Source: Chiloscyllium plagiosum
Taxonomy: Eukaryota
Length of the DNA stretch: 64,000 nucleotides
Assembly (NCBI RefSeq): GCF_004010195.1
Contig: NC_057719.1
Location: forward strand, 27,199,623 to 27,263,622
Reading direction: 5' to 3'
Each line of letters starts with the position of its first letter. Positions within the stretch are counted from its first letter, which is position 1. Positions 1-11,112 of the stretch are shown piece by piece. The notes below the pieces were generated by a model that did not search any database, was not told where the DNA came from, and was given only the letters and a program-made list of their open reading frames with translations. Both the position numbers and the translations under genes were made by a program.

Positions 1-436
1 CATGCGACTTCTGGATTGTAGTTTCAGATTTTGAAAATTGGGTGCCAAAATGTTAGGACATAATTCAGGCAAATATAATGAGAGAGTATTTTCATATATT
101 CGATGTTGATGGTTGGTGGGAGCAATTAAAGTCCAGAATTAATTGTACTGGGATAATTATGAATAAGTTAGTTTCTCACAGTATGTCAGAATAATTCTGG
201 CCTAATTAAAATAATTTGTTTTGCATTTGTATTTCAGTGTCCAAGGACAAGAGATTCAGGAAAATTCACTCCCCAGGGAAAAGTATTGTAGGCTGCAGAA
301 AGAACATACAAAGCATTGTGCTGGTATCCTCAGCTGATGCATACCCTAGACATAAAAGACAAGAAGCTAAAGCTCTTGAATTTATTTTTCAGAATTGACT
401 CAACAGTGCTTCATATACTTAGATGATCTGCTAATG

Positions 437-1270
437 CTGTCACCATGAGGTGTAGGAGCTGAAATAGACCATTCAGCTCATTGTGTCTGCTTTGCCATTC
501 AATGAGATCATGACTGATTTGATTCTCATGGACTGTCATTCCTGCCTTTTCCCTATGCCCTTGATTCCCCGAACGATCAAGACATCTGTTGATCTCGGCC
601 TTGAAGATACTTAACAACCCAGCCTCGACTGCTGTCTGCTGTAATGAATTCCACTGACTCACTACCTTCTGAGAGAAAAAAATCACCCTCATCCCTGTTT
701 AAACGGATGACCCCTTATTCTGAGATTATAGCCTCTTGTCCTAGACTTTCTCACAAGGGGAAACAGCCTCTCTGCTGGTACACTGTCAAGATTCTTAAGA
801 AGTTTGTAATTTTCAATAAGATCACCTCTCATTCTTTCAAACTCCATTGGGTACAGACCCAGGAGAAAGTGAGGACTGCAGATGCTGGAGTACCAGAGTT
901 GAAAAATGTGGTGCTGGAAAAACACAGCAGGCCAGGCAGCATCTGAGGAGCAGGAGAATGGACGTTTTGGGCATAAGCCCTTCTTCAGGAATGAGGGCTT
1001 ATGCCTTCCTGAAGAAGGGCTTATGCCCGAAACTTCGATTTTCCTGCTCCTCGGATGCTGCCTGGCCCACTGAGTACAGACCCAACCTACACAATCGTTA
1101 TTTAAATAATAATTAGCTCTTCTATTCTTTGCTAAAGTGCATTATCTCATTTTCCAACGTTATATTACATCTGCCAAGTTTTAACCCACTCACTTATCCT
1201 GTCTATATCACTCTGCAGACTGTGTTATCCTCACTTCTTGCCTTCCCATTTATTTCCGTGTCACCTATAA
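437..1270 (-). mobile_element. CR1 LINE 3' fragment (decayed), interrupted by a hammerhead element at 862-1066
   Basis: Minus-strand peptides FERMRGDLIENYK..RTRGYNLRIRG and FFSQKVVSQWNSL..FKAEINRCL match the CR1 ORF2 C-terminus. A CR1-type 3' UTR follows. Confidence 0.85.
862..1066. mobile_element. Short palindromic Penelope-derived element, family A, with two degenerate hammerhead cores
   Basis: Inverted arms. + core CTGAAGA-AGGGC-TTAT-GCCC-GAAAC-TTC at 1009-1036 plus a minus-strand copy. Flanking direct repeat CCATTGGGTACAGACCCA (844-861) / CCACTGAGTACAGACCCA (1067-1084). Confidence 0.8.
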
Positions 1271-1274
1271 ATCT

Positions 1275-1460
1275 GACAGGACTGTGGAAACTCAATCATT
1301 GAGCATGTTCAGGACAAATATTGATTGCTTTCTAAACACTAATTACATCAAGGGAAATGGAAATAATGAAGGAAAGTGACATTGAGGTAGATGACCAGTC
1401 ATAATCTAGAATGGCTGAACAGGCTCAATGGGCAGAATGCCTACTCCTGATCCTTTGATT
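1275..1460 (+). mobile_element. CR1 LINE 3'-end remnant
   Basis: Decayed ORF2 terminus and a 3' UTR ending AATGGGCAGAATGCCTACTCCTG, similar to other CR1 ends in the window. Confidence 0.6.
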
Positions 1461-1656
1461 CCCTGATCATTTATGATTGTCTGTTGAATGAAGATTGGAC
1501 TTGGTGAAAAATCTGCTGCTGAATTGCTGCAAGCTCATCGCACTCTGCTAGCTACTGCATACCAGTCTGACACACCATATTCCCAAAATGTGCAAGTGGC
1601 AAATCAGAAGGGAGAGTGTTGTCCAACTATATTGTCACACCACACAATTCTTACAG

Positions 1657-2540
1657 GCAATGACCATCTCCAATAAGAGAGAATCTAATCCTTGATGTTC
1701 AATGCCATTGCCACCTCCAAGTCCTCTACCCATGAACATCCTGGGAGTTAACGTTAACCTGAAACTGAACTGGTGGGTGGTTTGCACAGAGGATAGTGGA
1801 TGCCTGGAACACGTTGCCAGCGGAGGTGGTAGAGGTAGGCACGATAGCATCATTTAAGGTGTATCTAGACATGAATGGGCAGGGAGCAGAGGGGTACAGA
1901 TCCTTAGAAAATAGATGACAGATTTAGATAGAGGATCTGGATCAGCACAGGCTTGGAGGGCTGAAGGGCCTGTTCCTGGGCTGTAAATTTCTTTGTTCTT
2001 TGTTTGTTCTTGTTCTTTGGGCTACCCTTTTAAACACTATAGCTACAAGAGCAGGTCAGAGGTTGGGAATCCTTTAGAAAGTAACTCACCTCCTAACTCC
2101 CAAAGCCTGTTAACCATCTGTGAGGCACAAATCAGCACTGTGGTCCCATTTGCCTGGATGAGAGAAGTTCCAGCAGTGCTGAAGAAACTTGACACCATCC
2201 AGGACAAAGAAGCCTGCAGATCATAAACTTTCAAGCCTCCATCATCACACAGTGGTTACAGTGTGTACAGTACACAATTTGCAACAACTACAGCAACTTC
2301 CTAAGCCTCTTTTAGCAACACCTTTTAAACCTCTGACCTCTATCACCTGGATGATAAAAGACAGAAGATGCATGGGAGGACCAATACTTGTAAGTTTACC
2401 TCCAAGCCATACACCATTCTAACTTAGAACTATGTCATCGTTCCTTCACTGTCACTGGGTCAATATTCTGGAGCTCCTACTGTAACAGCATTGTAGGTGT
2501 CCTCACACACCGAGACCTGCAGTGGTTCACCATTACCCTT
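1657..2540 (+). mobile_element. Second LINE family (L2/CR1 group), RT C-terminal remnant, split by a CR1 fragment
   Basis: Peptides AMTISNKRESN, ILGVNVNLKLNW and QSLLTICEAQ..FAWM..LKKLDTIQDK. Homologous to 47900-49815 on the minus strand. Confidence 0.7.
1775..2018 (+). mobile_element. CR1 LINE 3' fragment nested in the second LINE family
   Basis: AWNTLPAEVVE-type terminus, GGGCTGAAGGGCCTGTTCC 3' motif and a (TTCTTTG)n-like tail. Confidence 0.75.
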
Positions 2541-4416
2541 TCTAAGTCTATGTAACAAGTCCCCAAGGAATCCTCCAGGAATGGGTTTTGTGTCAGATCC
2601 ATGAGACAGAAATCTGTGGAAAATGTCAGAATGCAAGAGCATATCAATTACAGTAGTCCAGATCCCTCACATCAATCACTATGAAATGACATTTACACCC
2701 TGACACTATGTGCCATGCAGCGTTAACAAGGAGCCTAAGTTCAAGTCTTGATATGGAACTCTGAGTTACGTAAATTTATCCAGTTGTATGTTGCAGATAT
2801 AAAGTGCTAATCCTAACTGGGAGTTTTATCCACTTCAAACACCCTTGAACATCATAGACCATGTTCTCGTCTACGTCCAGGTCAGTGGGTCAATGCAGCA
2901 GTGCTGAAATATCATCTTCCCATATCATGTTCGCAAAGTGATGTCAAACTGGCAAACCTAAGTGAGACTGAAGTTTGCATCTGCTTAGCTTCATTTGTCT
3001 GACATGACTGAAGGCCAACTGATGTAAAATATGTAATGCTCATGATACTTAAGGCCTTAATTTGTAATGTTAATTTTTGCCTAAAGAAAACTCTTCAATG
3101 AAATCCAATCAGATGGCAGATAGGTGACATTATAGAATCAGTGGATGCATGATTAATATAATGCCACCAGCAAGGCCTCATGTGAAGAATTACACTCTGA
3201 CTCCAAAGAGGCAAATACTCTGCCTATAGTGGGAGCCATTTTCTATCATTATTCTCAGGATGAATTTGATGTGAAGATGGCAAGATGACTCCACTTGAGA
3301 GGAAGGAGGATTTCCCCCATCCTTCATGTTCCCTTTTATGATGCTGTCCCTGCATCCTCGATGACACTTCAGCCTCCTCCTCTTTCTATTCAGTTCCTTG
3401 ATGTAACGGTTAAAATCCCAAATTTACCTTCTTAACCTATAGTTTTGTGAATTGCCATGCCCAGGTTGAGGCTGGAGGTAGTGTGTGAGAAACCCATGGA
3501 TACCACAGCCCCTCTTCCCCTTGTATGAATATGAAGTCCCAACCTTCTACCTTGAATTACCCCCTTTAATTATAATCATTCCCTCAGCGATCCAGTCCAA
3601 TGAACCCCACCCTTAGGCTTGAGATTACTATTTTTTCCAGGACTCCATGAACAACCCCCTGACAGGCCCCTTGACCATTAATTCTCAGCCCCACCTCACA
3701 TCATGGACCACCCAACCTGGTTGGATAGGTCTGACTGAGAACAGTTCAGCCTCTGGATGGGTCTATCCATCGCTCCCTCACTAATGTATCCAATATGTAG
3801 TCTCCAGCTGGTTCCACTTGACCTACAGGGCTGACCATGGTTCACTCCCCAAACTACAATGATACTGATTCCCGAACTGTAGTCAGATCAAGCACTGGAC
3901 TAACCATGGCTAATTTCATGGAGTGAGATCAGATGAACCTTTTGACTGATTATGGCAATACCCCCTGATTGAGTGTAGCCCCCCTTTCAGTGCACTAAGG
4001 ACTGATCCCCTTTGATTTTCAGAAACAGTCATGGACATTTGGCTGAAGCACACACAGTGTATTTGCCACATACACTGCTGTCAGTATAATATTGAAGATA
4101 ACACCATCCTGTATTACAACATATCCACCCCGATTGAATGTTCAGTGCTCTGAACAGTGACAAACTACCTTTGTCTCCCCATGCACCAGATAGCAATGTA
4201 AATTACAAAGACTGATAGCCTCGAAACCACTTCAAGCGAGTGAGTGCTATGAAAGTAAGCTAAGATCCTCTGTTGATACACAATATGTCCCAGCATGCAA
4301 ACTGTCCTGGCAAGTACATGCAAGTCAGAAGTGTTCCTGAGTCACAGCACCAAATGAAGATCTGGACCCCTCCAAAGGAGCCTCTTGGTTCAAGATCCGT
4401 CAAAAATATTAATGAT

Positions 4417-4741
4417 GGGCGGCACGGTGGCACAGTGGTTAGCACTGTTGCCTCACAGCGCCAGAGATCCGGGTTCAATTCCCGCCTCAGGGACTGACTG
4501 TGTGGAGTTTGCACGTTCTCCCCGTGTCTGCGTGGGTTTCCTCCGGGTGCTCCGGTTTCCTCCCACAGTCCAAAGATGTGCAGGGTCAGGTGAATTGGCC
4601 ATGCTAAATTGCCCGTAGTGTTCGGTAAGGGGTAAATGTAGGGGTATGGGTGGGTTCGCTTCGGCGGGTCGGTGTGGACTTGTTGGGCCGAAGGGGCTGT
4701 TTCCACACTGTAATGTAATCTGTAATCTGTAAATCTAATCT
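4417..4741 (+). mobile_element. tRNA-derived V-SINE (HE1-like)
   Basis: A box TGGCACAGTGG (4428-4438), B box GGTTCAATTCC (4472-4482), V-domain CTGTGTGGAGTTTGCACGTTCTCCCCGTG, CR1-like tail and TAATC repeats. Paralogues at 40551 and 59629. Confidence 0.9.
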
Positions 4742-6471
4742 GGAATGTGGTCTGTATGAAGCAAAGTCATTAGTTTAATAAAGTAAGGTAGCCTGACGCA
4801 ATTCTGTCGAGCAACACAGAGGTTAAAGCTTCTGTGTTCCATGGAGAAATGGCGCAATTACATTAGAAAATTATTTATACTTTTTTTAAGAGACAGCACA
4901 GCCTTAATTACAAGAAAAGACCAATCAAATGTACTAAGGTGACATGATTGACAGCAGGCTAATCCAATGATATTTCCTGGGAAACAGATTGTTATACACA
5001 CAAAATCACCTCATGTTTGCTAGTTCAAGGTTAATTCAAATATCAAATCACTGTCTTATAATTCATATTAGGAAAAATCCATTGTATTCTCTTATTTTCT
5101 ATTTAGCTTAGCTCAGCAAAGTGGCAGTACAAGTTCACAGAGTCAAATCAATACTTTCAGCCATTTTGTTGTTATTTTAAATTGAAAATAACAATTTTCT
5201 GAAGTGAAGTTCTGAAGGACTGAAGTGATGTCAGAGTCAGTCCAAAACAGGCCTGATGTGCTGGGGCTGGTGGTTTGAGATGCCCACTTGTGTGGGTAGA
5301 GAGTGCAAGGGAACAGAATATATCGAGTGTTCAGGGAGAAACTGGTGATATTGGAATTGATGACAGTCTGGGGAAGCAAGCATCAAGCTGCTTCTGCCGG
5401 GTATCCACTCTGACTCTCACGTTGGGAATAGATACCCTCAACTTTCTCAGAATAGGAGAGCAGAATTGGGAACTGCGTAGAAATAAGCGAAGATTAGCGA
5501 AAAATTAGATGCAAATAAGGAATTAATTTTCATGAGTGGGATTCAGCGTGGAGGCAACTTCTGCAATTCTATGTTGACCTCCGATGAAGAAGAGATGCTC
5601 AGTAACATGAGCATCCTTCTCCTCAGGGATGTGTTTCTGCACCAAACAAAGGGATTTGTACACAGGGATCCAACTCAAAGGAAGAGAGATTCCCAATAGA
5701 AGGTTTACAGGCACAGGATCAGTTTTATTGATGAGTCTGAGCATCAGAAACTTGGGAGGTTCAGACTTCCGAGGTAAATTCTTTCTGGGATCTTCATTCT
5801 AAGCAAGACTGGAATGCATTGTCAATGATAAATCATGTGCCTGTCCCTGGACGGTTATACCCTTTCGCAACCCCAGCAAACAGATGGGAATCTGGAGAGG
5901 TGTCTAAAGAAAGTACAAGGAATAAGTACAACAGAAAATTGTATGGATTTGGGGATGTTGTGTTGGAGAATGCCAGAAAAGTCAGACTGTGTTACTTAGC
6001 AACTGAAAGGGTTATCTCACTGACCAGTCTTGCTCTCATGAGACCCTTAAATCACTGGGGAGACTTTCTCCAGATTTATGGTTTCAGAGGCTGGGTTCTT
6101 CCTCCTGTCCTTCGCAAATATCACAGAGCCACAGTAATAAGAGTCAGAGACCCAGGTGAACATCCCAAGTTGCCTTTGCATTCTTGAGGCTGCTAAAGCC
6201 ACAAAATTCATGAGTGGCTGAGCAGCTCTGTCGCCTGTAGGATGCCTTCGGCAAGAGATTCTCCCTTTGACAGATTTGGGCCATCAACCCACCCACACTT
6301 GGAGGCAGGCTGCTAATACTCCAGCTCAGTTAAAGAGCCACAATAAAACCTGTTTCAATGACAAACAACATCTGTTTTCTGGCCCACTATGTGTAGGTTT
6401 TGAGGTTATTATTCCACCTTTTAGCACTGTCCGGTCGTGTCAAGTAGTTGCAGCATTTTTCGTTGTCATTT

Positions 6472-6940
6472 GAGTGTCAGCTGTGGCTTGATTTAAGAAC
6501 ACTTACCTCGGGGTCACTAGTTTCTGGGTTTAAATCCCACTCCAGGCCTTGAGCACAATAAATCCAGGCTGACCCGTTGCTCTGCCGTCATCAGAGAGAG
6601 CTGATGCCCTTTGGAAGTGTCACCTTTCTCATGAGATATTAAACCAAGGCCCAGTTTCCCCACTTTAGTGGATGCAAAATATTCATGGTGCTGTTTCAAA
6701 GGAGAGCAAGGAATTATCCATTGTGGCCTGGCCAATATTTACACTGAAAGCAGCTTCATAAAAATGGATCATCTAGCGATTATCACTCTGCTGTTTATTG
6801 GATTTTGTTGTGCACATATCGGTTGCCATTTTTTTCTGTACTGCAACTGCCTACTCTTCAAGTTGTACTTCAGTGGCTGTAATTCACCTGGAAACCGCCG
6901 GTTATTGTGATAATCATTAATTTAGGCAAGCCTTTCTTAC
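6472..6940 (+). mobile_element. Old DeuSINE (SacSINE1/AmnSINE1-like)
   Basis: Decayed tRNA-like head (GGGTTTAAATCCCACTCCAG), Deu-domain-like GGATGCAAAATATTCATGG..CCTGGCCAATATTT and tail CTTCAAGTTGTACTTCAGTGGCTGTAA..GCAAGCCTTTCTT. Matched from memory of the consensus. Confidence 0.7.
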
Positions 6941-7057
6941 TATTTCCAGCATCCACAGTAGTTTCTTTGTACAATAATTTGATATTGATACAAATCATGT
7001 TTTCTCATGATACAAAATTGTTTGGATAAACATAAGGAGGCCTAAAATAAATAGCCA

Positions 7058-7259
7058 TGATGTGGAGGAGCTGGTGTTGGACTGGCATGGACAAAGTTAA
7101 AAATCACACAACATCAAGTTAGAGTCCAACAGGTTTATTTGAAAGTACAAGCTTTCAGAGCGCTGCTCCTTCACCAGATAGAAGGAGCTGCACGCCGAAA
7201 GTTTGTAATTTCAAATAAACCCATTGGACTATAACCTGGTGTTGTGTGATTTTTAACTT
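7058..7259. mobile_element. Short palindromic Penelope-derived element, family B (hammerhead cores decayed)
   Basis: Inverted arms AAGTTAAAAATCACACAAC..GTTGTGTGATTTTTAACTT. Homologous to 44182-44392. Confidence 0.8.
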
Positions 7260-8249
7260 AAACTACATAAGCAATTCAAACAGTATTTCCTTCATAAAAA
7301 TACCAAGCTATCAGACTATCAGTACATAGTGATCCAACATCATGTTCAAAAAGGAAAGCGTTAAGTTCCTGAAAGTATTTGTGGTTGTTAATTTTTATAA
7401 ATGGTGGAGTCATTTTGCTTGGCAAAAACAAGGAGGATAATTGGACAGGGAGGCTAGGAAGTCCAAACACTGTTGCTTACTTGCAAACATGATCAATCAT
7501 TCTGAACAGTGTTATTGGTTAATGCTGGAATTTTCAGGACATACTACTTGTCCATTGACTGTTCTATTCTGTCAATGCACTAATCGCCTTTTATCTTTCA
7601 GATAGGGAATTAATTATCCTGTAAAAGACCATACTTTTATCCGCAAGAATGAAATCACCTTATAATATCTGTTACAAATGAAAATCCAAGCATCTCTAAG
7701 TATGTGCATTTGAAGCATCTGTATGTATGCACTACTAGAGAGTTGTTGTGTAATAATGTTCCATAATCTGAGGAGACCATGAATCCAAATCAGCTGATTA
7801 TTAGACTTATAACAAAAACAATTTTCCTATGCCACAGGAATTGAAAATTATTGTCCTAAGTAAATCACGTATCTAAATGATATTTCCACTCTAGACTAAG
7901 ATCTGAAGATGACCAAAAATCACTCAATTGGCTTTTGATGCCATATTAACATCATATTTTGGAGTATTGTAGCCGTTCCTCATTTACAATGTGTCAACAA
8001 TCTTTGACAAGGTTAAAAGCATGAACATTCATCTTACTTTGAACATTTCAGTTGACTAGAAAAATAGCAACCAACCTATCTCTGTTTAAGGAAGCACAGC
8101 AGAATTAATTTACCTATTATTTGCATAATATGCAAAACTAATAATGTATACTACTATTTTATACAACAATGTAACAGGCAATGAACATGAGAGAGTGACT
8201 AAAGAATATACTTCCCAAATGGAAATCTCTTGTGATCAGGCCCAGATTC

Positions 8250-8336
8250 CTGATGAAGGGCTTTTGCCCAAAACGTCGATTTTCCTGTTCCTCGGATGCT
8301 GCCTGACCTGCTGTGCTTTTCCAGCACCACAATCTC
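8250..8336 (+). mobile_element. Family A element, single arm with a hammerhead core (G12 to A)
   Basis: CTGATGA-AGGGC-TTTT-GCCC-AAAAC-GTC from 8250. Perfect 11-bp TSD GGCCCAGATTC at 8239-8249 and 8337-8347. Confidence 0.85.
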
Positions 8337-8821
8337 GGCCCAGATTCAAGTCCCACCTGCTCCAGACTTGTGCAATAGCATGTCTGAACAGTTTGTTTAA
8401 AAAAAAGATTAATTTTTAAAGAAAAGTATCTACAGCTAGTAACATAAATTTTGGAAGTAGTTCTCTTTCAAATTAAAATTAAATAATTGGAAAATGCCAT
8501 TCAGATCAAAAAGTTGGCATTATAAAATATTTAATGCCTGGACCAACCATAATGTCAAGGTTGTTTATTGTGCTAAGTATTCACTGAAGGATGGATATTA
8601 GAGAAAAAAACACCTTTATTTTGTGAATTTCTTTGATATTTAATTTGAATTGAATAATAAGTTGGTTTATTGTCAAGCAAAACTGCATTTTATCATAACA
8701 CTTATTTTGATCCTGAATCTATCTACATCATCCTTGATGTATTTATCAATAGTATTTCACAAAAAAAGGGAAAATATATCAATGCAACAATTGAAGTATC
8801 ATTTAGATCTCTCCAAAGAGA

Positions 8822-9440
8822 AATAGAGTCATACAGATCTACAGCACTGAAAGAAGCCTTAGGTCTATGCCAGTCAAAAACCATCCACCTAACTATTTTA
8901 ATCCCACTTTCTAACACTTGGTCTATATCCTTTTATTAACCACCTGGGTTCTCCTGCTCCTCGGATGCTGCCTGACCTGCCGTGCACCACACCCTCGACA
9001 CTAATCTCCAGCATCTGCAGTCCTCACTTTTGCCTATAGCCTTGTATGCCTTGGCATCGCAAGTATAACTCTAAATACTTCTTAAATATCATGAGGATTT
9101 TTGCCTTTACCACCCTTATAAGCAGTGAGTTTCATATTCCCATCACCTTCCGGGCGAAAACACATTTCCTCACTTCCCTCTAAACCTCTTGTCCCTTGTC
9201 TTAAATCTATGTTCCCTGGTTTTCCCTATATTCACCAAGGGAAAATATTTCTTCCTGTCTACCCTGTCTATGCTGCTCATAATTTTATACATCTCAATCA
9301 TATCCTCCCTTAGTCACCTCTGCTCCAAGGAAAGCAACCCCAGTCTGTCCAATCTCTCTTCATAATGAATACTCTCTAGCCCAAGCAACATCCTTGTAAA
9401 TCTCTTCTGCACCATCTCAGTGCTATCACATCCCTCCTTT
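8822..9440 (-). mobile_element. CR1 LINE 3' fragment containing a family A fragment (8949-9035)
   Basis: Reverse complement of the CR1 ORF2 end (CTCTGCTCCAAGGAAAGCAACCCCAG etc.). Insert ends CAGCATCTGCAGTCCTCACTTT. Confidence 0.7.
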
Positions 9441-9441
9441 A

Positions 9442-9615
9442 CAGAGGAATCTTTATTATCCAGCATTTCATTACACCGAATTTCAAATGATTCGAACTAG
9501 ATTGCAAGGTCCCGATGTGTGGCTAACTATGTTATCCGGCATCGATTATCCGGCATTCGACTAACAAAATGAAATACTCCCCGCCTGTGTCCTTCAGATA
9601 ATCAAGGTTCCTTTG
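9442..9615. mobile_element. Tigger/pogo-type MITE (174 bp)
   Basis: TA on both sides (9440-9441, 9616-9617). 20-bp TIRs CAGAGGAATCTTTATTATCC vs CAAAGGAACCTTGATTATCT (16/20). No ORF. Confidence 0.8.
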
Positions 9616-9819
9616 TATGTGCAGGAAGGACAGTTATGGCTGGGTAATGAATGTTAGTTCAGCCCACGCTTCATGCATGATCTTGTACCTTGAGTTCCTA
9701 TGTTGAAATGGAAGTACAGAGGTCTAATTTTGCCACCAGTGTGGGGTACACTCATGTTTCATGGGTCCACTAAAAATCTGAAATTGAATCTGAATTCTCA
9801 TCAGTCATTATTTTGACAT

Positions 9820-10056
9820 TTTTAATTCATGCATGAAACATGGGCATCGGTGGCTAAACCAACATTTCTTGCCTAGCCATAACTGTCCTTGAGAAGGTAA
9901 TGGTGATCTGCCTTCTTAATCCGCTGACCTTTTTACAGTGCTGTTAGGAAGGAAGTTCCAGAATGAACCATGATATATTTCCAAGTGTATGACTTGGAGG
10001 GAAACTTGCAGATGGTGGTATTCTCATACATCTGCTGCCCTTGACCTTCTGGATGG
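9820..10056 (-). mobile_element. Second LINE family 3' end
   Basis: Similar to 47905-48170 (CCTTGAGAAGGTAATGGTG..TATTTCCAAG..GACTTGGAGGG). Confidence 0.65.
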
Positions 10057-11112
10057 AGTCATAGTGCTGTAAAGCATGGAAACAGCCCCGTCAGTCCAGC
10101 TCATCCATGCCAACCAAATCAATCTAGTCCCATTTGCCAGCATTTGGCCCATATCCCTCAAAACCATTCCTATTCATATACCTACACAAATGCCTTTTAA
10201 ATGTTTTAATTGTACTAGCCTCTACCACTTCCTCCGGCAGCTTGTTCCATACATGCACCATCTTCTGTGTGAAAAAGTTACCCCTTAGGTTCCTTTTAAG
10301 TCTTTGCACTCTCACCTTAAACCTATGCCCTCTATCTTTGGACTCCCCTACTGTGGGAAAAAGACCTTGACTGTTTACCCTATCAATCCCCCTCATGGTC
10401 TTATAAATTTCTGTAAGGTTTCCCCTCATCTTCTGATGCTCCATGGAAAATAGCCCCAGCCTATTCAGCTTCTCCCTATAGCTCAAACCCTCCAACCCTG
10501 GCAACATCCTTGTAAAACTTTTCTGAACACTTCCAAGTTTAACAAAGTCTTTCCTATAGCAGGGAGACCAGAATTGAATGCAATATTCCAAAAGTGGCCT
10601 AACCAATGTCCTGTACAGCCACAAAATGACCTCCCAACTCCTATATCCAATGCAGTGACCAATAAAGGCAAGCATACCAAACGCCTTCTTCACTATCCTT
10701 TCTATTTGGGATACCACTTTCGAGGAATTATGGACCTGCACTCAAGATCTCTTTGCTCAGCAACACTCCCCAGGTCCTTACCAGTAAGTGTTTAAGTCCT
10801 GCCCTGATTTGCCTTTCCAAAATGTAGCACATCACATTTATGTAAATTTAAATCCATTTGCCAGTCCTTGGCCCCTTGGCCCATCTGGTCAAGATCCCAT
10901 TTTACTCTGAAGTAACCTTCTTTGCTATCCACTATACCTCCAAGTTTGGTGTCATCTGCAAACTTACTAACCATACCTCCTATGTTCTCATCCAAATTAT
11001 TTATATAAATGACAAAAAGCAGTGGACCCAGCACTGACCTTGACAGCACACTGCTGGTCACAGGCCTCCAGTCCGAAAAGCAACTCTCCACCATCACCTT
11101 CGGCCTCCTCCT
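10057..11112 (-). mobile_element. CR1 LINE, RT C-terminal half to 3' end
   Basis: ORFs 10792-11097 (SVLGPLLFVIYIN..KFADDTKL) and 10124-10741 (LYRTLVRPLLEYCIQFWSP). Confidence 0.95.

Noticed and set aside
2660..4260. Possible Harbinger transposon remnant (also ~53290-53600)
   Set aside because: Only vague compositional and peptide hints. No TIRs or catalytic motifs could be shown.
4417..4490. tRNA gene (A and B boxes)
   Set aside because: It continues into a V-domain and LINE-like tail and recurs three times, so it is a SINE head.
5143..6473. Cluster of short ORFs. GIDDSLGKQASSCFC faintly resembles a CR1 ORF1 esterase block
   Set aside because: Similarity is limited to a few residues and no further motifs follow in order.
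10124..10741. Longest ORF (205 aa) as a host gene
   Set aside because: It is the C-terminus of CR1 ORF2 in a truncated, frameshifted copy.
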